Positions 7,813 to 14,947 of a stretch of 20,000 nucleotides of DNA are shown here, in pieces. Origin of the DNA: an uncultured virus (IMG/VR IMGVR_UViG_3300025158_000017) (taxonomy: Duplodnaviria > Heunggongvirae > Uroviricota > Caudoviricetes); the IMG/VR virus record IMGVR_UViG_3300025158_000017; one strand, written 5' to 3'. Numbering within the stretch: position 1 is the first letter of the stretch; each line of letters starts with the position of its first letter. The translations under genes and the position numbers were made by a program. Under the pieces are notes generated by a model. It was not told the DNA's origin and searched no databases. It was given only the letters and a program-made list of their open reading frames with translations.

Positions 7813-8837
7813 AAGTTATAACAGCACAGAATGTGAATGAAGCTCTCCTCCTTGGGTTGCAAGCCCTTAAAGAAGAAGGTGTGAGGCGTGATTCAAGAAA
7901 TGGTTCAGTTCTAGTTTTTCCTGGTCCAGTCACAACTCACTATAAACATCCAGAAAATAGAGTTTTATTTTATCCAGAACGTGATGCTAATCCTTATTTC
8001 CATTTTATGGAAAGTTTGTGGATGCTTTCTGGTCGTCGTGATGTAGAGTTCCCTTCTCGTTTTGCAAGTAACATTATGAATTATACTGATGATGGTGTCA
8101 ATTTTCATGGAGCCTATGGCTATCGTTGGCGTAATCATTTCAATATTGTTGAGCTTACAAGAAATGGAATAAAAGAAGAAGTCGGAGTTCTTGATCAACT
8201 CGAGACTATCGCTAATCTACTTCGTAAAAATCCTGATGATCGTCGTGTTGTGCTTCAAATGTGGGATGCAACTTGTGATCTCGGAATGGAAGGCAAAGAC
8301 TTTCCTTGTAACTTGATCTGCACATTTCGTATTAATCCTTATGGTAAACTAGACATGTCTGTATTCAATCGCAGTAATGATATGATCTGGGGTGCTTATG
8401 GAGCAAATGCTGTTCACTTCTCAGTATTGCAAGAAGTGATGGCTGCATGGGTGGGCGTTCCTATTGGAGGTTATTGGCAAGTTAGCACGAACTTTCACGC
8501 TTATGAAAATATACTTGATAAACATGGTGAAGTCGTTCATAATTGTCCAGGACATGATCCATATTGTTTAAATGAAGTTCAAAGCGAACCAATCGTTAAT
8601 ACTTCAATTGAACAATGGTTTCAAGATCTGCAAATGTTTATGGAAGTTGGTCCAACTATCGGACTTAAAGATAAGTTCTTTAAAAAGACAGCAGTTCCAA
8701 TGTTGCAATCTTGGAATGCTTGGAAAGATAGAGAAAATCCAAATTTCAAAGAGAAAGCAATTTCTTTTGCTGATCAAATAAGTTCGCCTGATTGGCGTAG
8801 AGCTTGTAGAGAATGGTTGGGGCGTAGAATTAAATGA
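7809..8837 (+). CDS. Thymidylate synthase homolog, probable dUMP hydroxymethylase
   Basis: 'RDANPYFHFMESLWMLSGR', 'GAYGYRWR', 'DRRVVLQMWD', catalytic 'DFPCN', 'NRSNDMIWGAYGANAVHFS' (Asn at the dUMP-specificity position) and 'NFHAY'. Resembles the phage dUMP hydroxymethylase clade rather than canonical ThyA. Confidence 0.82.
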   Translation: MKVITAQNVNEALLLGLQALKEEGVRRDSRNGSVLVFPGPVTTHYKHPENRVLFYPERDANPYFHFMESLWMLSGRRDVEFPSRFASNIMNYTDDGVNFHGAYGYRWRNHFNIVELTRNGIKEEVGVLDQLETIANLLRKNPDDRRVVLQMWDATCDLGMEGKDFPCNLICTFRINPYGKLDMSVFNRSNDMIWGAYGANAVHFSVLQEVMAAWVGVPIGGYWQVSTNFHAYENILDKHGEVVHNCPGHDPYCLNEVQSEPIVNTSIEQWFQDLQMFMEVGPTIGLKDKFFKKTAVPMLQSWNAWKDRENPNFKEKAISFADQISSPDWRRACREWLGRRIK

Positions 8838-9391
8838 AAACATATCCTCATGTAGAAACAATTACTCAGAAAATAAAATTTATGAGAGAAGCAGGTGCAG
8901 TTCGTCGTTGCCACACTATGCCTGTAATTGGTGAATATAATGTCGGCATTCATGTCTATAATATGTTGTCTATGCTTAGAATTCTTTGGACATCAGCACC
9001 AAACTCTCTCATATGGGCTATTCTCGAACATGATGCACCAGAACGTTTGACAGGTGATATTCCTGCTCCTGTAAAATGGTTTGGTATAATAGATAGAGAA
9101 ATACTTGACAAGATTGAACAATCAATAATGCTTGATACTTTAGAGTATGATTATATTGGAGAATTAAGTAAGAATGAGCAAGCATGGTTTCATTCTCTTG
9201 ATATTTTTGAATTAGCACTATTTTGTCGTGATCAAATAATGCTAGGAAATCGTAACTTCGAAGTCATGCTTGAACGTATTCATAAATATGTCACAAATAA
9301 TTCTGCAAAATTAGAACCTATAGTTCTAGATGTTTATTGGGAGTCTTTGAAATATGATTGGTCAATGCTTCCTGATTTAGGAGATGTGTGA
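8834..9391 (+). CDS. HD-domain deoxynucleotide phosphohydrolase (YfbR-like)
   Basis: 'VRRCH...YNVGIH', 'AILEHDAPERLTGDIPAPVK' and 'LDIFE' match the YfbR-like HD pattern. ATGA overlap with the TS homolog. Confidence 0.85.
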   Translation: MKTYPHVETITQKIKFMREAGAVRRCHTMPVIGEYNVGIHVYNMLSMLRILWTSAPNSLIWAILEHDAPERLTGDIPAPVKWFGIIDREILDKIEQSIMLDTLEYDYIGELSKNEQAWFHSLDIFELALFCRDQIMLGNRNFEVMLERIHKYVTNNSAKLEPIVLDVYWESLKYDWSMLPDLGDV

Positions 9392-10158
9392 TGGGAAACT
9401 CTAATTGTGATTTCTGTGGTTATGATAAACGAATGTGTATTTGTAAAGACAAAGTATCTTATGTAGCCCAAGAAGGTGGTGATCATTACCAAGCAGACTA
9501 TCAACATTGGGATTGGGTCATTGATTGTAAGATTCATTATCTGCCAGCAAATTGCACAAAGTATGTTTCTCGTTGGAAAAAGAAAAATGGTATAGTTGAT
9601 CTTAAGAAAGCTATGACTTATATTGATAAAATGATAGCAACTCTTAAAGATAGACCAACATATACTTTTAATCCTCCAAGTGCATATACGACTGGTGTAT
9701 GCACAGATCGTTTAATAGAAACTCTCAAACTAAATGGATTAGAGCGTTCTATTATTGAGATTCTCAGTGGTCCTTGTCATATCAGGATGCTTGAACTTGC
9801 AAAAGAAAATTTAGACAAACTTATTAGGAACGCTCAGAGGACGCAGGAGGCACAAGCTGATGCTGCTGGCATGGTTACGCCTGCCGCACAAACAAGTGCA
9901 TCCCTGGACCAAAAAACAGGCCTCCCCGGACGTGCTGGCGGCACCACTACCCAAGCACTTGCATCCAACGCGTCCACAGAACTCGCATATAAAACATTCG
10001 GTGCTTGTCCATGTGGTTGTGGACGTCCAAGAAGGAAAAATATGGATTTCGCCTCTGATGATTGTATTGATAGTAGAACAATAGAAGGTATGAAGAACCC
10101 GTTTGGTTATAATGAAGATGGAGAGAAAAATGAGAGAAATCAATGTAGGGAAAATTAA
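9388..10158 (+). CDS. DUF3310-like (T7 gp1.7-related) putative nucleotide kinase with Cys-rich ends
   Basis: 'QEGGDHYQ...QHWDW......YLPANCTKYVSRWKKKNGIVDLKKAMTYIDKMI' is the DUF3310 pattern. N-terminal CDFC..CIC and C-terminal CPCGCG...C. Start is GTG 9388 or ATG 9391. Confidence 0.7.
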   Translation: MMGNSNCDFCGYDKRMCICKDKVSYVAQEGGDHYQADYQHWDWVIDCKIHYLPANCTKYVSRWKKKNGIVDLKKAMTYIDKMIATLKDRPTYTFNPPSAYTTGVCTDRLIETLKLNGLERSIIEILSGPCHIRMLELAKENLDKLIRNAQRTQEAQADAAGMVTPAAQTSASLDQKTGLPGRAGGTTTQALASNASTELAYKTFGACPCGCGRPRRKNMDFASDDCIDSRTIEGMKNPFGYNEDGEKNERNQCREN

Positions 10159-10181
10159 ACAGCCGAGAAAGGCATTGGTTG

Positions 10182-12260
10182 ATGGTCGCTCGTAAGAAAA
10201 CAGACCCTAATAGTGGTGGATCTCTTCAGCTTGGGTTTTTCACTCCAGAGTCTAAATGGGAACCACCTTCTTTATCAGATCTTCCATCTTGGAAAGGTGC
10301 AAAAAGGATAGCAATAGATGCAGAAACCAGAGATCCTTCAATCGCAAATAATCTTGGAAGCGGAGCCCTACGAGACGGATATACAGTTGGATGGGGATTC
10401 GCTATTGAGGGAGGACCAAAACATTATCTTCCATTCCGCCACGAAGGAGGCGACAACTTACCTATCGAGGGCGTTCTCGGTTATCTTAGAGAACAAATTA
10501 AAAACTTTGATGGAGAGTTCGTGGGAGCCAACCTCGCCTATGATGTTGATTATGGATATAACGATGGATTTGATTGGCACCATGATGCGAAGTTCCGTGA
10601 CATTCAAATTGCAGACCCTCTCATCTATGAACTCCACAGATCCTATTCTCTTGCAAATATTGGACAAAGATGCGGTATCGAAGCTAAAGATGAATCCACA
10701 CTTTTGGAAGCTGCAGAATCTTACGGTCTCGATCCAAAGAAAGGATTGTGGAGACTTCCTGCGAGATATGTAGGTGCTTATGGAGAACAAGATGTTACAT
10801 CTCCATTAGAAATTCTACGCAAGCAAGAAAAAGAAATTCAGAAACTTAATCTACAACAAATCTGGGATTTAGAAACAAGGACTTTACCAGTTCTTGTTCG
10901 TATGAGAAGACGTGGCGTTAGAATTGATTTTGATAAACTATCTCAGATTGAAGAGTGGTCTATCAAAGAAGAAACAAAAGCACTTGATTACATTCGTAGA
11001 GAAACTGGTATTCATATTGGATTTGGAGAAGTCTGGAAAGCCGTAGCTCTTGCTCCAGCACTACAGGCAATAGGGATGCGTCTACAAAAAACTGCGACAG
11101 GAGCTCCACAGATTGATAGGTTCCTTTTGGGCAGTAATAATCATCCTGTATGTGAAGCTATTCTAAGGGCACGAAAAGTCAACAAACTTAGAACTACTTT
11201 TGCTGAGAGTATTAGAAAATATGCAGTCAATGGAAGAATTCATTGTTCTTTCAGACAAATTGCTGCTGAAACAGAGAGTGGTGAACAGAAGGGTGTGCGT
11301 TATGGCAGACTTTCTGCGATTGATCCTAATCTACAACAACAACCAAGTCCAGACAGAGATCCTGAAATCGCTGGAGAATGGCGTAAGATTTTCATACCAG
11401 AAGAAGGAGCATTGTGGGGAGTTAATGACTATTCTCAACAAGAACCTCGTTGGACGACACACTTTGCAGCAGTCTTAGATCTACCAAGAGCAAGAGAAGC
11501 TGCTGAAAGATATCAGAATAATCCTGATACTGATAACCATGATATGATGACTAGGCTAGTTTATGGTGATTCTCAAGTAGATCAATGGTATTTGAATGAC
11601 CCAAAAGGATCATATAAAGTTCATCGTGGTTATTCGAAGAATATTTTCCTTGGACTTTGCTATGGTGAGGGTGGACCTAAACTTGCTCGTGATTTGAGTA
11701 AGCCTACAAGATGGGCTGTGAGTTATGGATGGGGTTCAGACAAACGAATTGAGTTTTTCAAAACTCAGCATGATGCGATGCAATATAAATTTGAAATTCA
11801 GAAAGGCTTTGTTCGAGAAATGGCTGGAGAAGAAGCACAGCTAATTCTCGATAATTTTGATAAAGAAGTTCCTTATGTTCGAGAACTTGCTAGGGCAGCA
11901 ACTAAAAGAGCAGAAGCTCGTGGTTTTGTAAACACAATCTTAGGAAGACGTTTGAACTTTGAAACTAGAGATGATGGAACTTTCGATTATACACATAAAG
12001 CATTGAATAGAATTATTCAAGGATCCTCTGCAGATCAAACTAAATTAGCTATATGTGAAATTGATAGAGCTGGTCATTTTCTACAACTGCAAGTTCATGA
12101 TGAAACGGATGGCAGTTATGCTGATGTCACAGAAGCTAAAACAGTTGGTGATATCATGAGAGATTGTATCAGGGATACATATCCAGGAAAACTCTGGGTT
12201 CCTTTTAAAGTTGATACAGAAGTTGGCCAATCATGGGGCGAGATCATGGGTGTGAAATGA
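10182..12260 (+). CDS. polA: Family A DNA polymerase with 3'-5' exonuclease domain
   Basis: Exo I 'IAIDAET', Exo II 'GANLAYD', Exo III 'YGEQD', 'GRLSAIDPNLQQ', motif A 'DYSQQEPR', motif B 'RGYSKNIFLGLCYG', 'NRIIQGSSAD', motif C 'QVHDE'. Start is TTG 10179 or ATG 10182. Confidence 0.95.
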   Translation: MVARKKTDPNSGGSLQLGFFTPESKWEPPSLSDLPSWKGAKRIAIDAETRDPSIANNLGSGALRDGYTVGWGFAIEGGPKHYLPFRHEGGDNLPIEGVLGYLREQIKNFDGEFVGANLAYDVDYGYNDGFDWHHDAKFRDIQIADPLIYELHRSYSLANIGQRCGIEAKDESTLLEAAESYGLDPKKGLWRLPARYVGAYGEQDVTSPLEILRKQEKEIQKLNLQQIWDLETRTLPVLVRMRRRGVRIDFDKLSQIEEWSIKEETKALDYIRRETGIHIGFGEVWKAVALAPALQAIGMRLQKTATGAPQIDRFLLGSNNHPVCEAILRARKVNKLRTTFAESIRKYAVNGRIHCSFRQIAAETESGEQKGVRYGRLSAIDPNLQQQPSPDRDPEIAGEWRKIFIPEEGALWGVNDYSQQEPRWTTHFAAVLDLPRAREAAERYQNNPDTDNHDMMTRLVYGDSQVDQWYLNDPKGSYKVHRGYSKNIFLGLCYGEGGPKLARDLSKPTRWAVSYGWGSDKRIEFFKTQHDAMQYKFEIQKGFVREMAGEEAQLILDNFDKEVPYVRELARAATKRAEARGFVNTILGRRLNFETRDDGTFDYTHKALNRIIQGSSADQTKLAICEIDRAGHFLQLQVHDETDGSYADVTEAKTVGDIMRDCIRDTYPGKLWVPFKVDTEVGQSWGEIMGVK

Positions 12261-12529
12261 GCGTCGAGGTAACAGTCAAGTTCAGTGATTTGAAATATAC
12301 TCGTTATGAATACTGGCTCAATGACACGACTTTGTATTTGAACAAGATGTTGGTTCTTGAAAGACTGACTACACGACACAAGCTGAAAGTCGATTTCAGG
12401 AATTCTTATTTCAGAGTTGACCATGGATACTACGGTATCAAAGAAGAACCTGATGTCGAAATTGAAATACAGCAAGAGGCGCTCCGTATAGCAAGGGGCA
12501 TGATCAAAGTAGAAAGATGGATCAAATGA
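12257..12529 (+). CDS. Hypothetical protein (90 aa)
   Basis: ATGA overlap with the polymerase stop (start moved from 12233) and ATGA overlap with the next gene. No recognisable motif. Confidence 0.65.
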   Translation: MSVEVTVKFSDLKYTRYEYWLNDTTLYLNKMLVLERLTTRHKLKVDFRNSYFRVDHGYYGIKEEPDVEIEIQQEALRIARGMIKVERWIK

Positions 12530-13257
12530 AATATGGTGTCTTAGTTGATGGAGAGTTTGAACAACGTGATATCGTTGAAATGTATGCAAAAGGATTTTCT
12601 CATCCCATGTATGGAAGATCTGATACATTTGATCATTATGTAATGAAAGAAATCAATAGAAGCTATGGTAAGCTAGAAGTAGAAAACAAAGTTGTTCTTG
12701 ATGTTGGAGCAAATATAGGAGCTTTCTCTTGTTGGGCGTTAGAAAGAAATCCTTCTCATGTTATTTGTCTAGAGCCAGAAGTAAATAATTTTCAAATGTT
12801 GAAACTCAACGTCTCATACTTTTCTAATGAAAATGTGGAAAATCCATTTACTCTGCATAATGTTGCTCTGCACTCTGAGTATAGTGGTCCAGAGAAATTG
12901 TATCTTGCGAAAAGTGGTAAAAATCCTGGAAATTCTAGCACGACAGAAAGGAGAGGAAGAATTGAAATACCAATTGATATGATGTCTGTGTCACAATTAA
13001 AAGAGTATCATCCTGTTATCAATGCTGCAAAAGTGGATTGTGAAGGTGCTGAATATGAATTCATGAAAACATTTATTGAAGCATATCCTGATTTGGAGCA
13101 AATAGCTTTAGAAATTCATATAAATGGATTTGATCTACAAAAAGCAAAAGATCTAAATCAAATGATGATTGATAATGGATTTGAAACTCAAGTTTTTCCA
13201 AGACTTCATAACAATAGACTATGGCAAACTCTAGCTACATATAGGAGACCGAAATGA
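12526..13257 (+). CDS. FkbM-family SAM-dependent methyltransferase
   Basis: 'VVLDVGANIGAFS', 'VICLEPEVNNFQMLKLN', 'NVAL', 'KVDCEGAEYE' and 'IALEIH' are FkbM motifs. ATGA overlap favours start 12526 over 12517. Confidence 0.88.
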   Translation: MKYGVLVDGEFEQRDIVEMYAKGFSHPMYGRSDTFDHYVMKEINRSYGKLEVENKVVLDVGANIGAFSCWALERNPSHVICLEPEVNNFQMLKLNVSYFSNENVENPFTLHNVALHSEYSGPEKLYLAKSGKNPGNSSTTERRGRIEIPIDMMSVSQLKEYHPVINAAKVDCEGAEYEFMKTFIEAYPDLEQIALEIHINGFDLQKAKDLNQMMIDNGFETQVFPRLHNNRLWQTLATYRRPK

Positions 13258-13433
13258 AAATAGTAGATTTAGATGCCACACTTCATGCTGAAACAGAATT
13301 AGCAAGGGGTTTCAAATTCTCTGAAGATCAAGAAAATCTCATATGGATACCAAAATCTCAACATGAATGGGATGAACATGATTGGGTTGTTTCTTTACCA
13401 GAACAAATTGCTTTTGATAAAGGGTTGATCTAA
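13254..13433 (+). CDS. Small phage hypothetical protein (59 aa; absent from the ORF track)
   Basis: MKIVDLDATLHAETELARGFKFSEDQENLIWIPKSQHEWDEHDWVVSLPEQIAFDKGLI*. It fills the gap exactly, with ATGA and TAATG overlaps and GGAG upstream. The 'H.ET...W.PKSQ...LPE..A..KGLI' pattern is familiar from small proteobacterial phage proteins. Confidence 0.8.
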   Translation: MKIVDLDATLHAETELARGFKFSEDQENLIWIPKSQHEWDEHDWVVSLPEQIAFDKGLI

Positions 13434-13969
13434 TGAGACATGTAATGCTTGATTTAGAAACATGGGGAACAAAGCCGGGTTCTGCTCTTCGTTCAATTGG
13501 TTTAGTTCAATTTGACCCAAGGACTCCAGGATTCGGAAAAGAATTTTATTGTAATATTGAGAGAGATAGTCAGATTGCTCTCGGTGCTACTATAAATGAA
13601 GGAACAGAAAAATGGTGGGCTCAGCAAAGTGGAGCAGCTAGAAAAGCTCTAGAAGAAAATCAAATTCATTTGCTGCAAGCGTGTCTCCAAGTGAAGACAT
13701 ATTTTTGTGAAACTAAAGTCACATATGTCTGGGCTCAAGGTTCTAACTTTGATCCAGTTCTATTAGAAGCAAGTTTTGATTTAGTTGATCTCTCTGTTCC
13801 GTGGAGATTTTATAATACTCGTGACACAAGAACTATTTACAATGCTGCGAGTTTGGATACTAAGTTGATCACACGTAAAGGAGAACACCATAATGCACTA
13901 GAAGATGCGAAACATCAAGTTCGTTGTGTTTACATGGCTTTTAAAATTCTTCATGGAGACAAGAAATGA
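13433..13969 (+). CDS. DEDDh 3'-5' exonuclease (Rv2179c/RNase T-like)
   Basis: 'HVMLDLETWG', 'WAQGSNFDPVLL', 'RDTRT', 'HHNALEDAKHQ'. Confidence 0.88.
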   Translation: MRHVMLDLETWGTKPGSALRSIGLVQFDPRTPGFGKEFYCNIERDSQIALGATINEGTEKWWAQQSGAARKALEENQIHLLQACLQVKTYFCETKVTYVWAQGSNFDPVLLEASFDLVDLSVPWRFYNTRDTRTIYNAASLDTKLITRKGEHHNALEDAKHQVRCVYMAFKILHGDKK

Positions 13970-14436
13970 TTCTTAGTGGTAGGACTATTCAACAACTTCA
14001 AATAATTAAACCTTTCTATGGTAGAACCAGACACGAAGGTCTTACATTCGGTTGTGGTCCTGCTGGCTATGATGTAAGAGTTGAATTTGATAATGAAGGT
14101 AAATGTAATACAGTAGAATTACTTCCAAATCAATTCATGTTGGCAAGCACGATAGAACATTTCACAATGCCAAAAGATGTTCTCGGAATTGTTCATGATA
14201 AATCTACTTGGGCTCGTCTTGGACTTGCATGTCAGAATACTGTTATTGAACCTGGATGGTCTGGTTTTCTAACACTAGAACTCACTAACCATGGAAATAA
14301 TTCTTTGGTTATAAAACGTGGAATGCCAATTGCTCAGATTATTTTTCACTTCATAGATGAGGATACTAATGGTTATGAAGGAAAATATCAAAATCAAAAG
14401 CGCGGACCAGTCAAACCGATTATAGAGACAAGTTAG
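13966..14436 (+). CDS. dcd: dCTP deaminase (trimeric dUTPase superfamily)
   Basis: 'MILS', 'AGYDVR', 'LASTIEHF.MP', 'HDKSTWARLGL', 'IEPGWSGFLTLELTN', 'PIAQIIF', 'YEGKYQNQ'. Confidence 0.88.
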   Translation: MILSGRTIQQLQIIKPFYGRTRHEGLTFGCGPAGYDVRVEFDNEGKCNTVELLPNQFMLASTIEHFTMPKDVLGIVHDKSTWARLGLACQNTVIEPGWSGFLTLELTNHGNNSLVIKRGMPIAQIIFHFIDEDTNGYEGKYQNQKRGPVKPIIETS

Positions 14437-14438
14437 AC

Positions 14439-14467
14439 TTGTGGCTGAACTGGTGCTAGGGTAAATT
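14439..14467 (+). promoter_or_regulatory. Putative sigma70-type promoter (TTGTGG-N17-TAAATT) for the nuclease and primase-helicase genes
   Basis: -35 TTGTGG at 14439-14444, 17-nt spacer, -10 TAAATT at 14462-14467. Shares ACTTGTGG-N16-GTAA with the site at 4576. Confidence 0.55.
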
Positions 14468-14497
14468 AAAGGCTGGCACTAGCACTCGGAAACCTTC

Positions 14498-14935
14498 ATG
14501 TCAGAGAATAGTATGAAGGGAGTTTTAGTCAAGAGGCTGTCTTTATTAGACGCTTGTTCGATTGAATCTCCTATGACTGGTATTGGTATCCCTGATATCA
14601 ATTTCATTGGTGGATGGATTGAATGTAAAGCCATGAAATTATGGCCCAAAGGATGTGATATCAGACCAGTGAAATTTCCTCATCCATTGAGTAAAGAACA
14701 GCAAGTCTGGCTTTATCGTAGAGAAAGAGCAGGAGGGCTTGCTTTAGTTTGTGTGAAAGTTAGTAACTCTTGGTTCTTTTTCTCTGGTAGAGACATAAAG
14801 GAAAATAATCTATGGGACAATATGACAAGACCTCAAATGTATCACTGGTCATTGAAAGTTTTCGAAAGATCTTTACCAGAAAGAGAACTTTGCCAATTTC
14901 TAATTTCACTAACTCAAAAAACTCTCAAACTATAA
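14498..14935 (+). CDS. PD-(D/E)XK nuclease, VRR-NUC / Holliday junction resolvase-like
   Basis: 'MSE', 'GIPDINFIGGWIECK' and 'LSKEQQVWL..R...GG.A.V'. Confidence 0.75.
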   Translation: MSENSMKGVLVKRLSLLDACSIESPMTGIGIPDINFIGGWIECKAMKLWPKGCDIRPVKFPHPLSKEQQVWLYRRERAGGLALVCVKVSNSWFFFSGRDIKENNLWDNMTRPQMYHWSLKVFERSLPERELCQFLISLTQKTLKL

Positions 14936-14947
14936 GGTTCTGGTGAA

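Noticed and set aside
7809..8837. Calling this gene canonical thyA or a T4-type dCMP hydroxymethylase
   Set aside because: It lacks the canonical ThyA wording (RS.D..LG.PFN), has Asn rather than Asp at the specificity site, and sits beside a 5-hmdU kinase-like gene. Not excluded without an assay.
12526..13257. Restriction-modification type DNA methyltransferase
   Set aside because: The motifs are FkbM-type; no N6/N4 or C5 catalytic motif and no cognate restriction gene are evident.
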